50,382 nt of DNA from an uncultured Lachnospiraceae bacterium (GCA_902789785.1 CADAPR010000002.1:1-50382), one strand, 5' to 3'; shown: positions 10,154-20,536, counted from the stretch's first letter. The notes: generated by a model not told the origin, from the letters alone. Translations and numbers: made by a program.

Positions 10154-11830
10154 TTATTTGCCTGATCCTGGTATTTCAAGTATTGCACCTCTGTTACCAC
10201 TTGTAACCATTGAAGCATATCTTGCAAGATATCCTGTATTTACCTTTGGTTCGCGAGGCATCCAAGCAGCTTTCCTCTTAGAAAGCTCTTCATCAGACAC
10301 CTTAAGGTTTATTGAATAGTTGTTAATATCTATCTCGATTATATCGCCTTCTTCAACAAGGGCTATCGGACCGCCTACTGCAGCTTCAGGTGAAATATGA
10401 CCTATAGAAGCTCCACGGCTTGCACCGGAAAATCTACCATCAGTGATCAGAGCAACAGTACTACCGAGTCCCATACCAGCTATCGCAGAGGTGGGATTAA
10501 GCATCTCTCTCATACCTGGACCACCTTTGGGACCTTCATAACGAATAACAACAACATCGCCATCAACGATCTTTCCGCCCAAAATTGCGGCAATTGCATC
10601 TTCTTCAGAATCAAATACACGGGCAGGACCTTCATGCTTGAGCATCTCAGGAACAACTGCAGATCTTTTTACAACAGACCCATCGGGGGCAAGATTTCCT
10701 TTAAGAACAGCAAGACCTCCTGTCTTTGAGTATGGATTATCGGTTGGTCTTATAACTTCAGGATTTCTGTTAACAGCATTCTTTACAGCTTCACCGATTG
10801 TCTTGCCTGTTACAGTCATACAGTTTTCATTGATCAAACCAAGATCGCAAAGCTCTTTTATTACTGCATATACACCGCCTGCCTCATTAAGATCTTCCAT
10901 ATATGTAGGACCAGCAGGTGCAAGATGACAAAGATTAGGAGTTTTCTCGCTTATAGGATTAGCAAATGATATATCAAAATCAAATCCGATCTCATGTGCT
11001 ATTGCAGGGAGATGAAGCATAGAGTTAGTTGAACAACCAAGTGCCATATCTACTGTAAGCGCATTGAGAATTGCATCTTTTGTGATGATATCACGTGGAC
11101 GAATGTTCTTGTTAAGCATATCCATGACAGCATATCCGGCTTTCTTGGCAAGACGAAGTCTCTCTGAATAAACTGCAGGTATTGTGCCATTTCCGGGAAG
11201 TCCCATTCCGAGTACTTCTGTGAGACAGTTCATAGAGTTAGCCGTATACATACCGGAACAAGATCCGCATGTAGGACAAACCTTTTCTTCAAACTCCAAT
11301 ACTTCTGCATCATCTATTTTGCCTGCTGTGCGCTCTCCAACAGCTTCAAACATTGATGAAAGACTTCTTTTTCTTCCATGAATATGACCAGCGAGCATAG
11401 GACCGCCTGAAACGAAAACTGTCGGGACATTTACTCTGGCAGCTGCCATTAAAAGACCGGGTACGTTTTTATCACAGTTGGGAATCATTACAAGAGCATC
11501 AAACTGATGAGCAATAGCCATTGCTTCTGTTGAATCTGCAATAAGGTCTCTTGTTACAAGACTATATTTCATTCCGATATGTCCCATAGCGATTCCATCG
11601 CATACAGCGATCGCAGGGAACATGACCGGCGTGCCACCCGCTTCTGCAACACCGAGTTTTACTGCTTCTGCAATCTTATCAAGATTCATATGACCAGGAA
11701 CTATTTCGTTGTATGAACATACTATTCCGACCATAGGCTTCTTAATTTCTTCAGCCGTATATCCGAGCGCGTTTAAAAGTGAACGGGCTGGTGCTTGCTG
11801 AAGGCCACATTTCATGTTATCACTCTGCAT
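10154..11830 (-). CDS. ilvD: Dihydroxy-acid dehydratase
   Basis: [50 protein letters not shown]; ATG at 11830 preferred over TTG 11839 on RBS spacing. Confidence 0.97.
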   Translation of the reverse strand: MQSDNMKCGLQQAPARSLLNALGYTAEEIKKPMVGIVCSYNEIVPGHMNLDKIAEAVKLGVAEAGGTPVMFPAIAVCDGIAMGHIGMKYSLVTRDLIADSTEAMAIAHQFDALVMIPNCDKNVPGLLMAAARVNVPTVFVSGGPMLAGHIHGRKRSLSSMFEAVGERTAGKIDDAEVLEFEEKVCPTCGSCSGMYTANSMNCLTEVLGMGLPGNGTIPAVYSERLRLAKKAGYAVMDMLNKNIRPRDIITKDAILNALTVDMALGCSTNSMLHLPAIAHEIGFDFDISFANPISEKTPNLCHLAPAGPTYMEDLNEAGGVYAVIKELCDLGLINENCMTVTGKTIGEAVKNAVNRNPEVIRPTDNPYSKTGGLAVLKGNLAPDGSVVKRSAVVPEMLKHEGPARVFDSEEDAIAAILGGKIVDGDVVVIRYEGPKGGPGMREMLNPTSAIAGMGLGSTVALITDGRFSGASRGASIGHISPEAAVGGPIALVEEGDIIEIDINNYSINLKVSDEELSKRKAAWMPREPKVNTGYLARYASMVTSGNRGAILEIPGSGK

Positions 11831-11849
11831 AATTGTCAACTCCTTTTTG

Positions 11850-12143
11850 TTAAACTGTAAATGTTCTGATTATTAATAATATCAATAAACCCAAAGAAAC
11901 AATATTTAAAATCAATCCTAGCATACTCATACCAAGATATTTCATGTTCTTTTCTTTTATACCGTATTTTATCGCCTGGCATACTGAGTAAAAACCAAGC
12001 ATAAAGAATAGTGCGAATCCGGCACCTAGAAATACTTTCTTTAGTAGAAAGAATAATCCAACGAAAGCTAGATTGATGAGACCGAAAACTATCGCTGCTC
12101 CATCTGCTCCTTTGAGTTCCGGCTCCCTGTTTATTTCATCCAC
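11850..12143 (-). CDS. Small membrane protein (about 3 TM helices)
   Basis: 97 aa hydrophobic ORF, GTG start with GAGGAG RBS, fills the leuB-ilvD gap. Confidence 0.7.
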   Translation of the reverse strand: MDEINREPELKGADGAAIVFGLINLAFVGLFFLLKKVFLGAGFALFFMLGFYSVCQAIKYGIKEKNMKYLGMSMLGLILNIVSLGLLILLIIRTFTV

Positions 12144-12176
12144 AACAAATTTCTCCTCTTATTATATAAGAATGAA

Positions 12177-13259
12177 TTAAACCCTCTGGGCGACAAGACT
12201 TCCCATTTCATCGCATTTAACCTGCGGTTCGCCGGGTTTTGCAATGTCGATAGTCCTATATCCTTCTTCGAGTACCGTTTTAACAGCTTTTTCTATTGCA
12301 TCTGCTTCTTTATCAAGATCAAAAGTATATCTTAACATCATAGCTGCACTTAAGATCGTTGCTAGAGGATTAGCAATATTTTTGCCTGCTATATCAGGTG
12401 CTGAACCGCCAGAAGGTTCATAAAGACCGAATTTTGTTTCGTTAAGAGATGCGGAGGGAAGCATACCGATAGAGCCAGTGATCATTGAAGCTTCATCAGA
12501 AAGTATATCGCCAAACATGTTCTCAGTGAGTACTACATCGAACTGAGCGGGATCTTTAACGAGCTGCATTGCGCAATTGTCGACAAGCATTACTCCGTAT
12601 TCAACCTCAGGATAATCTTTTGCGACTTCATCAACAACTTTTCTCCATAATCTAGATGAATCAAGAACGTTGGCTTTATCAACTAGGGTCACCTTCTTGC
12701 GTCGCTTCATAGCAATATCAAATCCTTTGATCGCTATTCTCCTTATCTCGTTCTCGCTGTAAGTCAACGTATCTACAGCAGTCAAAACACCGTCTATTTC
12801 CTTCGTGTATCTCTCGCCGAAATACAGACCGCCGGTGAGTTCACGCATCATCATCATGTCAAAGCCTTTTGAGGCTACTTCTTCCTTTAAAGGACAAGCG
12901 TCTTTTAATTCTGGATAAAGATAAGCGGGACGCAGATTAGCGAACAATCCCAGTTCTTTTCTGATCTTTAAAAGTCCGGCTTCCGGTCTTAAGTTGGGAG
13001 GAAGCTTATACCAAGGTGATGTCTGAGTGTTTCCTCCTATCGAACCAAGTAAAACGGCATCTTTTGATTTGGCAATCTTCACAGCATCATCTGTAAGAGG
13101 TTCGCCGGTTGCATCAATAGAACATCCGCCCATGAGTATATGTTCGTAATTTATACTGTGTCCATATTTTTCACATACAGCATCTAGCACCTTTATTGCT
13201 TCATTTACAATTTCAGGTCCAATTCCGTCACCGCGAATGACGGCAATATCCATATTCAT
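12177..13259 (-). CDS. leuB: 3-isopropylmalate dehydrogenase
   Basis: GDGIGPEI, NLRP, RELTGGLYFG, DKANVL, NMFGDILSDEA, GSAPDIAG. Confidence 0.97.
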   Translation of the reverse strand: MNMDIAVIRGDGIGPEIVNEAIKVLDAVCEKYGHSINYEHILMGGCSIDATGEPLTDDAVKIAKSKDAVLLGSIGGNTQTSPWYKLPPNLRPEAGLLKIRKELGLFANLRPAYLYPELKDACPLKEEVASKGFDMMMMRELTGGLYFGERYTKEIDGVLTAVDTLTYSENEIRRIAIKGFDIAMKRRKKVTLVDKANVLDSSRLWRKVVDEVAKDYPEVEYGVMLVDNCAMQLVKDPAQFDVVLTENMFGDILSDEASMITGSIGMLPSASLNETKFGLYEPSGGSAPDIAGKNIANPLATILSAAMMLRYTFDLDKEADAIEKAVKTVLEEGYRTIDIAKPGEPQVKCDEMGSLVAQRV

Positions 13260-13287
13260 AAAAAATCTCCTTTTTGTTTAGTATCAA

Positions 13288-13314
13288 AAGACCACCGCAT
13301 CAAGCAGTGGTCTT
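13288..13314 (-). terminator. Intrinsic terminator after yajC
   Basis: AAGACCACTGC-TTGAT-GCGGTGGTCTT-TTG on the minus strand. Confidence 0.75.
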
Positions 13315-13321
13315 ATTCTGA

Positions 13322-13654
13322 TCATTCTTCGGCATTTGCCTTTTCTATCTGCTTGATAGCTGACTTCTCCATCGGTATACGACAGTTTTTATTGCTTCCG
13401 AACTCAACGATGACAGAATCATCTGTAATATCGATCAGCACACCGTAAAAACCACTGGTAGTTACGACTGTATCACCTATCTCCATGTCCTGATACATGG
13501 CAGCAATTCTTTTCTGCTCTTTCTTTTGAGGCTTTACCATCATAAAATAGATGAATACACCAAAAATCACTATATAAAGTACTATGATGATACCGCTTCC
13601 TGTTGCACTTCCTGCAGCTGCAGCAGCATCTGTTGACAATAATAATCCGTTCAT
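13322..13654 (-). CDS. yajC: Preprotein translocase subunit YajC
   Basis: TM then KPQKK..., GDTVVTTSGFYG; follows tgt as is usual. Confidence 0.92.
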   Translation of the reverse strand: MNGLLLSTDAAAAAGSATGSGIIIVLYIVIFGVFIYFMMVKPQKKEQKRIAAMYQDMEIGDTVVTTSGFYGVLIDITDDSVIVEFGSNKNCRIPMEKSAIKQIEKANAEE

Positions 13655-13701
13655 ATAATCCCTCCTGGAAACTCATATATTCGTATAATATACACCAAAA
13701 T

Positions 13702-13730
13702 ATATTACAGTAGTTTTATTAAATATACAA
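13702..13730 (-). promoter_or_regulatory. Putative sigma-A promoter of yajC
   Basis: TTGTAT-N17-TAATAT. Confidence 0.5.
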
Positions 13731-13752
13731 GTAAATATTTTTCATCTATGAT

Positions 13753-14889
13753 CTAGCATCCATGAGATAAACCATCCAGTTTATTCCTTTTATACTCAGC
13801 AAAATCATGCCTGTCTATCGCATCTCTGATTTCTTCCATCATTGTATTATAAAAGTACAGATTATGGAGAACACAGAGTCTCATTCCCAGCATTTCCTTA
13901 GCTTTTAAAAGATGCCTTATATATGCTCTGGAATATCTTTTACATGTTGGACATTTACATCCTTCTTCAATAGGTCTGTCATCAAGCTCGTATCTCTGAT
14001 TAAAAAGATTCAGTTTGCCCAAATTGGTATATACATGTCCGTGTCGTCCGTTTCTGCTCGGATAAACACAGTCAAAGAAATCTATACCGCGTTCTACAGC
14101 TTCAAGGATATTGGCAGGAGTTCCGACTCCCATTAGATATGTGGGCTTATCCTTTGGAAGATATGGAACAACAGTCTCAATTATCTCATACATCTGTTCA
14201 TGTGTTTCACCGACTGCAAGCCCTCCTATGGCATATCCGTCAAGATCCATGTCAGTAATCTTTTTTGCATGTTCTTTCCTGATATCTGCATAGATGGCAC
14301 CCTGATTGATACCAAATAAAAGCTGTTCTTTGTTTACCGTATCATCAAGGCTATTGAGCTCATTTATTTTTTTCTTGCATCGCTCAAGCCATCTTGTTGT
14401 TCTGTCAACGCTGTTTGTGACATATTTCTTGTCAGCAAGTGCAGGTGCGCATTCATCAAAAGCCATTGCTATCGTGGAACCTAGATTTGACTGTATCGTC
14501 ATACTCTCTTCTGGCCCCATGAAAATCTTACGACCATCAATATGGGAATTGAAGGTAACACCTTCTTCCTTGATCTTTCTTAAGCCTGCAAGCGAAAACA
14601 CCTGAAATCCTCCGGAATCAGTAAGTACCGGTCTGTTCCAGTTCATAAATTTATGAATTCCGCCAAGTTTTTTTACAATCTCATCACCGGGACGCACATG
14701 GAGGTGGTATGTGTTTGACAGTTCTACCTGGCATCCTATACGTTCAAGGTCTTCTGTTGAAAGTGCACCTTTTATTGCAGCAGCTGTACCTACATTCATA
14801 AATACGGGAGTTTGTATCGTTCCGTGAACAGTATTATATTGAGCTCTTTTTGCACTGCCGTCACAAGTGAGAAGTTTATATTCTGTCAT
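13753..14889 (-). CDS. tgt: tRNA-guanine transglycosylase
   Basis: TPVFMNVGT, NTYHL, TDSGGFQVFSL, GGLAVGE, YLMGVG, Zn site CKCPTC...H. Confidence 0.97.
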   Translation of the reverse strand: MTEYKLLTCDGSAKRAQYNTVHGTIQTPVFMNVGTAAAIKGALSTEDLERIGCQVELSNTYHLHVRPGDEIVKKLGGIHKFMNWNRPVLTDSGGFQVFSLAGLRKIKEEGVTFNSHIDGRKIFMGPEESMTIQSNLGSTIAMAFDECAPALADKKYVTNSVDRTTRWLERCKKKINELNSLDDTVNKEQLLFGINQGAIYADIRKEHAKKITDMDLDGYAIGGLAVGETHEQMYEIIETVVPYLPKDKPTYLMGVGTPANILEAVERGIDFFDCVYPSRNGRHGHVYTNLGKLNLFNQRYELDDRPIEEGCKCPTCKRYSRAYIRHLLKAKEMLGMRLCVLHNLYFYNTMMEEIRDAIDRHDFAEYKRNKLDGLSHGC

Positions 14890-15830
14890 TTAAGTCCTTT
14901 CCAATATTCCTCAAGAGTAGATCTTTGATTATATATTGATGTGGCAACATCAACACCTACATATCTGAAATGCCATGGTTCATACTGTATTCCTGTTATA
15001 TCTTCCTTACCCTTGGGATAGCGTAGAATAAAACCATACTTATAACTGTTATTGGCAAGCCAAATACCAGCATCAGTATCGCCAAAAGCTTCATCTAATT
15101 TCTGGTGATCATCACTCATAATATCGAATCCAAGGCCGATTTCATGCTCGCTGGTTCCTGGGATCGAGAGTTCGTTTGCAGCTTTCTTGTATGCTTCCAA
15201 ATATGAATATCCGTAATTCATATATTTCTTTATCTTTTGGTCAAACAGTTCATCCTGTCTTCTGTTATCTCTGTAGGCTGAGCTTATAACAAGTTTTATT
15301 TCTTCATTAAAAGCAGCCTCTAACATATCTTTCATCGGCTGGACTGCTCTTGAATCACATCTTTTACCCGGCACGACATAATCAAGAATGAATATTCTGT
15401 CTTCGGGTATTGGCTTCAGTTTGCTTACAAGTATTTCTACGCTGTTTATGTCTTCTGTTTTAACAGTTTCATCAATGAGTACATCAGTCGCAGGCTTTAT
15501 GAGTTCGTCTATGTTGGTATCGTTATGCTCTTCATTAATTGTATCAGGTATCAAATCGCTTCCTGCGGGAGTGTCATTAATTGCGGTAACGCTGGAATCT
15601 TCAGCTTTATCAATATCATTTTGGATATAATATCTGTATCCTGATATCAATACAATAGCCGCACATAATGCGGCTATACCCCCAATTATTATCTTTTTGA
15701 AGTGACTGTAAATATTTGATAAAACGATCACACAGAAAATATAGACAGTTGCAAGAGTAAGACAAAACTCGCTCTTAGCAGCAAATTTTCTGCATTTGTT
15801 AATCAGTTCTTTTCTCTTGTCCGTGTTCAT
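14886..15830 (-). CDS. M15B D,D-/L,D-carboxypeptidase (VanY/LdcB-like), membrane anchored
   Basis: SAYR, SEHEIGLGFD (SxHxxGxxxD), YEPWHFRYVG; N-terminal TM. Confidence 0.88.
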   Translation of the reverse strand: MNTDKRKELINKCRKFAAKSEFCLTLATVYIFCVIVLSNIYSHFKKIIIGGIAALCAAIVLISGYRYYIQNDIDKAEDSSVTAINDTPAGSDLIPDTINEEHNDTNIDELIKPATDVLIDETVKTEDINSVEILVSKLKPIPEDRIFILDYVVPGKRCDSRAVQPMKDMLEAAFNEEIKLVISSAYRDNRRQDELFDQKIKKYMNYGYSYLEAYKKAANELSIPGTSEHEIGLGFDIMSDDHQKLDEAFGDTDAGIWLANNSYKYGFILRYPKGKEDITGIQYEPWHFRYVGVDVATSIYNQRSTLEEYWKGLK

Positions 15831-16885
15831 TATTCCTGACCAAGTTTATGAAATATAATGCAGTTGGGCTTTTGTACCTTGATCTCTTTTTGATTCATCA
15901 TCAACAGGCCCTTTTCAAGATCAACTGTAAAAAAAGTCATAGTATTTGATTCGTGATTAAGACTTACAAGATGTCTGTTATCAGGGAAAAGACAGGCATC
16001 TTTAGGATAATCTCCGCTTATAGGAAGGCATAATACTTTGCTCATTTCTCCGGAATGCTGATCTATTGAAAATATGACTACGCTGTTGTCTCCGGCATTT
16101 GAACTAACCATGTATTTGCCATCTTTGGATATGCTGAGAGCGCTTGCTGCTGATCCCTTTGCAAAATAATCATTAACTGTAGATATAGTCTGTATTTTGT
16201 CAAATGCAGGATCATTTCCTTTATCTAGATATTCATAAACATCGATTTTGTTGTTTAACTCATGAACAACATACATATGATGTCCATCTTTGGAAAACTT
16301 GATGTGTCTAGGAGCGGAATTCTGCTCTGAATGAATGATATCAATGAGCTTGAGTTTACCAGTAGTCTTGTTTACAGTATATACATCTATGTAATCCATA
16401 CCCAGATCAGCTGCACAAAGATATTTGTTGTCTCTTGTCATCTTTACACAACTTACGTGAGGCCTAAAGTTTCGTTCAGCAACGTTTCCCCATCCTTTAT
16501 GGAATATTTCATCACATATACCGTCAATATTTCCGTCTTCCTTAAGTTTGAGAACAGTAATTTTACCGTCATGATATCCCGCAACAAACAGAAACTTGTC
16601 TTCATAATCTGTTGAGAGATAGCAACCTCTCATACCATTTATTCCACTATTTCCCAGGATTGAAAGACTTCCGTCCGGTTCAATCTTGTAAGCTTCAACT
16701 CCAAAATCGGTGATGGAATAAAGATATTTCGAATTATGAGTGATCGTTACATATGATGAATTTGATATCTTCACCTTATCTTTCAGTACAAATTTTCCTT
16801 CATCAAGATCGACATCATAAATATGAATACCATAATTATCACCCTGCGTATATGTTGATACATATGCTACGTATTTATCTGACAT
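15830..16885 (-). CDS. Lactonase family beta-propeller (6-phosphogluconolactonase-like)
   Basis: YVSTYT, ADLGMD, PRHIKFS..G..MYVVHEL, GDYPKD. Confidence 0.85.
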   Translation of the reverse strand: MSDKYVAYVSTYTQGDNYGIHIYDVDLDEGKFVLKDKVKISNSSYVTITHNSKYLYSITDFGVEAYKIEPDGSLSILGNSGINGMRGCYLSTDYEDKFLFVAGYHDGKITVLKLKEDGNIDGICDEIFHKGWGNVAERNFRPHVSCVKMTRDNKYLCAADLGMDYIDVYTVNKTTGKLKLIDIIHSEQNSAPRHIKFSKDGHHMYVVHELNNKIDVYEYLDKGNDPAFDKIQTISTVNDYFAKGSAASALSISKDGKYMVSSNAGDNSVVIFSIDQHSGEMSKVLCLPISGDYPKDACLFPDNRHLVSLNHESNTMTFFTVDLEKGLLMMNQKEIKVQKPNCIIFHKLGQE

Positions 16886-16896
16886 AATATCACCCG

Positions 16897-17604
16897 CTAC
16901 CTTCTTCTTTTCTTATCTTTTTTACTGCCGGTAAAACCGTTAACAAATACAAGGAATAAAAGCTGTACAATTAAAAACAGGCATACTTCCATTACAAAGC
17001 CATTCTTTATCATAGCATGGTTTATGATCTCAGCTCTCCATCCTTCAAGTGCTTTGCCTCTCATGATCACATCTGTAAAGAAACCTTCTCTGAATTTTGC
17101 AGGATTCATTTGTACAAATATCATTACTGCGGCACCAACAAACAAGAGAATGCCCCATGTTATGGCAATTGTATTTCTAAGAATTATTGCTCTGCCCTCA
17201 AGCAAAACGATCAAAAACAACGCAATAGCAATACCAATAAATGTATAGGAAAGTCTTCTTAACAGTATAAATCTCTTAGAGGCCTGAGTTATGATCTCTT
17301 TATCAGATGCAGAGAAGAATTCTACATTATCTCCATCAATGATAACATTAGCCGAAGGCTCTGTTCCTTTCTTTAATGAGCTCATCCACTGCTCTATTAC
17401 TTTATGCATATCATCAGAAGTCAATCCAAGTCTAGCTGATACTCCTTCGTTGATACAGTTCTTTTCAACAAAACGTGTATTGCATATTCCCAGATAGAAT
17501 CCTAAAAACGCATTGGCAAATAGCATAAATCCAACACACAAAATGGAACAAACTAAAACTATAGCTGTAACTACGCTTCTGCTGCTACCCCTTCCGATAT
17601 ACAC
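16897..17604 (-). CDS. Integral membrane protein, divergent DUF1461/TIGR01906 (Lit-like)
   Basis: 235 aa, 4 TM with a large first loop; recalled resemblance to clostridial TIGR01906 proteins. Confidence 0.55.
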   Translation of the reverse strand: MYIGRGSSRSVVTAIVLVCSILCVGFMLFANAFLGFYLGICNTRFVEKNCINEGVSARLGLTSDDMHKVIEQWMSSLKKGTEPSANVIIDGDNVEFFSASDKEIITQASKRFILLRRLSYTFIGIAIALFLIVLLEGRAIILRNTIAITWGILLFVGAAVMIFVQMNPAKFREGFFTDVIMRGKALEGWRAEIINHAMIKNGFVMEVCLFLIVQLLFLVFVNGFTGSKKDKKRRR

Positions 17605-17634
17605 TTTAAGCCTCCATTATATGATCTGATATAC

Positions 17635-18285
17635 CTACTTTAAATAACCCTTATGCTGCAAACTGTCTTTTTTCAGTCTTCTTTGACCGCGTTCACAGAA
17701 ATCAAGACAGAATTGCAGACTATCCTTATCATCAAATTTCTTGGCTCTTGATACAATATTTTCTTTTATAAAAGCATATGTATCCTCTTCACCCCAGACT
17801 TCAAGCATTCTAAGGAAGAGTTCTAGAAAGGCTCTTGTCTTGGGATGCATAGGAGCTGGATCGAGTCCTTTATTATAATACTCCATAGGAGAACTGTTGG
17901 TATAGGCATCTCCATTATATACCTTGCATGCAGCGACCCTGTCCATCAGCATTTCAACGATATACTTAATTGGCATGGGTGCAGGCATCATTCCATGCAT
18001 TCCTGGAGGAGCATTATGTATTGAATAATCTATCCAGTATTCATAATGATGCTTGTTACGCCCTTTATGATGAAGCCATGCAGATGAATATCCGATATCT
18101 TCTCTTTCGGCGTTATTGGGACTTCTTGTTCCTTGGTAGTATTTGGCACCAACCAAAAACTCGGTTGGTGAATACTTGCTCATGTCATGTAAAAGACCTT
18201 GCTTATAGAGACCTACTGCAAAGCAACCCTGCCTGACAAGCTTTCTGTGCTTATTTACTGTCTTTAAATGTTGGAATGCGCTCAT
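17635..18285 (-). CDS. DUF5662 family HD-fold protein
   Basis: HLKTVNKHR, LLHDMSKYS, AWLHHKGRNKHHYEYW, EMLMDRVAA. Confidence 0.8.
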   Translation of the reverse strand: MSAFQHLKTVNKHRKLVRQGCFAVGLYKQGLLHDMSKYSPTEFLVGAKYYQGTRSPNNAEREDIGYSSAWLHHKGRNKHHYEYWIDYSIHNAPPGMHGMMPAPMPIKYIVEMLMDRVAACKVYNGDAYTNSSPMEYYNKGLDPAPMHPKTRAFLELFLRMLEVWGEEDTYAFIKENIVSRAKKFDDKDSLQFCLDFCERGQRRLKKDSLQHKGYLK

Positions 18286-20111
18286 TTATTTTTGTTACCC
18301 AGCATTATAACGATGCTTCTTTCTTTTACAATAATCTGGGCATGATCATTATCGGTAACTTTTGGATCGTCAGTACCGCTGGTATTTGCTATTATCTTCC
18401 ATTTATATCCTTTAGGAAGCTTAGGTATAGCAAAATCATGACATGTCCAATGCAGATTCACGGCAATATAAATGAATTCATCGTCTTGTGTATATTTGCC
18501 GCAATATAACATTGCAAACTGCCTGCTGAGTATATCTGTATCTACTCTCCATAGATCGCTGCAGTGGAAACTTAAATCAGGATATCCACATTGAATATAA
18601 TCTGTCATTCTATAAGATTGAGGCAATGTAAGAATCTTATGGGATAGTCTGAATGCGATAGCTTCCTTCATGAAATCATATATATCGCTGTTTTTATTCA
18701 AATTATTCCAGTTTAGCCAAGTGACAGTGCTGTCTTGACAGTAAGGGTTATTGTTGCCATTTTGGCTGTTGCCGAACTCATCTCCTGCTACTATCAGCGG
18801 AGTTGTTTTGCTCATCATATTTAAAAGAATCGCATTTTTTATCTGTTTATGACGAAGCTTCTTTACAGCGATCCTGGCAGTCGGCCCCTCATATCCGCAG
18901 TTCCAAGAACCATTATAGGGAGCACCGTCGTGGTTATTTTCACCATTTGACTCGTTGTGCTTCCTGTCATAACTTACCAAATCCATCAAAGTGAATGTAT
19001 TGCAGTGCGTAATATAGTGAACATCGCCTATTTTATCAGGAACATTCTTTATATACTCAAGAGCGCGTAATACCATTCCCTCATCAGACTTTAACAGTCT
19101 TCGCATATCATACATATACGTATCTTTACAAACTGCAAGATTTTTATATGCAGGTTCGTCATTATGTTCGTAAATCTCATCGAGAGGAAAGCTTTCACAA
19201 ATGATCTTGGTATTTGCAAGCATTGGTTCTGTTCCAAGCAATGCTAAAGGCAATTTGCTTCCCATAAGGTGAAAACCATCAACATGGTATTCCTGCATCC
19301 AATATTTTAATACTTCAATTATATATCCCTGCTTTACAGTTTCTGGAAAGAAAAACTGAAGTATAACTTCAAGACCTTGCTTGTGCAAAGCCTTGACCAT
19401 ATCCTTGAATCCTTGTGATGCACTCGTATTCTTCGGACTATATGAACTCTTAGGCGCAAAATAAAAACTATCTTTATAACCCCAATAGTTAAGCTTGGGC
19501 TCAATCGGTTCATACGCACCGAGCGAAAATTCGCCATTTTCCTTTACAGGCGGATCCAATTCTATAAAGTTGTATACAGGCATCAGTTCGAGAGCAGTAA
19601 CACCAAGATCCTTTATATATGGAATCTTTTCTATGATACCCATAAAAGTTCCAGGATATTGAACCATGCTGCTCTTATGCTTAGTAAAACCTCTGACATG
19701 AAGAGCATATATAACAGAATCATTAAAAGGAATAAGTGGATTTTTGTCCTTTTCCCAGTCATAATCGTCGTGATATATACCGGCACGCAGATTTGTTGGC
19801 AATTTACCCCAGTTTTCATTACCGAGAATTATCTTTGCATAAGCATCGTTTAGTATGTTTTCACCTATATAATAATTGTAATCAAACCGGTCAGGATCTA
19901 TACCTGAAACTTTCATACATCGTATATTACCAACCTTGTTTGAACAGCAGAAGGATAGTCTCTCTTCTGCTTTTGTCTTTTTATCATACAGAACAATACC
20001 GCACTGTTCATCGGTGCTTACAACAACTGCGAAATTAACTTGGTTATTTCCGAGATATGTAGCACCCAACGGATAAGGCTTACCGTATGATATCTTCAGT
20101 TCATTATTCAT
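18282..20111 (-). CDS. glgX: GlgX/isoamylase-like GH13 protein, catalytic residues degenerate
   Basis: GKPYPLGA, IYALHVRGFT, LGVTALELMPV, NYWGY, GDEFGNSQNGNNNPYCQD; catalytic motifs altered (see findings). Confidence 0.85.
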   Translation of the reverse strand: MNNELKISYGKPYPLGATYLGNNQVNFAVVVSTDEQCGIVLYDKKTKAEERLSFCCSNKVGNIRCMKVSGIDPDRFDYNYYIGENILNDAYAKIILGNENWGKLPTNLRAGIYHDDYDWEKDKNPLIPFNDSVIYALHVRGFTKHKSSMVQYPGTFMGIIEKIPYIKDLGVTALELMPVYNFIELDPPVKENGEFSLGAYEPIEPKLNYWGYKDSFYFAPKSSYSPKNTSASQGFKDMVKALHKQGLEVILQFFFPETVKQGYIIEVLKYWMQEYHVDGFHLMGSKLPLALLGTEPMLANTKIICESFPLDEIYEHNDEPAYKNLAVCKDTYMYDMRRLLKSDEGMVLRALEYIKNVPDKIGDVHYITHCNTFTLMDLVSYDRKHNESNGENNHDGAPYNGSWNCGYEGPTARIAVKKLRHKQIKNAILLNMMSKTTPLIVAGDEFGNSQNGNNNPYCQDSTVTWLNWNNLNKNSDIYDFMKEAIAFRLSHKILTLPQSYRMTDYIQCGYPDLSFHCSDLWRVDTDILSRQFAMLYCGKYTQDDEFIYIAVNLHWTCHDFAIPKLPKGYKWKIIANTSGTDDPKVTDNDHAQIIVKERSIVIMLGNKNK

Positions 20112-20416
20112 TAATCCTCGTTGTCATACTCACATTCATCAAGAAACTCGTCAAACGCTTCACAAACAGCGTCATACTCAGCGTCATCTTCGATATATGT
20201 AAGCTCTGGCTCTTCGTTTGTATCATCCGGATTCTCGGAATAAGCATAGAACCATACATCCTGGTCCTCGGCATCATCCTGACCTTCCGGAAGAAGTGCT
20301 ATATATTCCTTGCCGTTAACTTCTAGTATTGTAATGACTTCGCACATGACTGTCGAACCGTCATCAAGATTAAGCTCTACTTTCATTTCCTCTTCGGGGG
20401 TGTTGTTTTCTATCAT
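20111..20416 (-). CDS. DUF1292 domain acidic protein
   Basis: 101 aa; EVNGKEYIALLP...IEDDAEYDAVCEAF. Confidence 0.85.
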   Translation of the reverse strand: MIENNTPEEEMKVELNLDDGSTVMCEVITILEVNGKEYIALLPEGQDDAEDQDVWFYAYSENPDDTNEEPELTYIEDDAEYDAVCEAFDEFLDECEYDNED

Positions 20417-20464
20417 ATTATCTCCTCAAATCTTTCTTTTCAAAAGAATTACATACCTTTAATA

Positions 20465-20493
20465 ATTTTACCGAATATTTCGACTTTTTTCAA
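20465..20493 (-). promoter_or_regulatory. Sigma-A promoter of the DUF1292-glgX-...-tgt unit
   Basis: TTGAAA-N17-TAAAAT. Confidence 0.7.
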
Positions 20494-20513
20494 CATTAAT
20501 ACTATGCATAAAA

Positions 20514-20536
20514 GAGACCGGCTGATAACCGGTCTC
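20514..20536 (-). terminator. Intrinsic terminator after gltX
   Basis: GAGACCGG/CCGGTCTC stem followed by TTTT. Confidence 0.8.

Noticed and set aside
14886-15830. Vancomycin resistance (vanY)
   Set aside because: No vanHAX/vanRS nearby; housekeeping M15B peptidases are common
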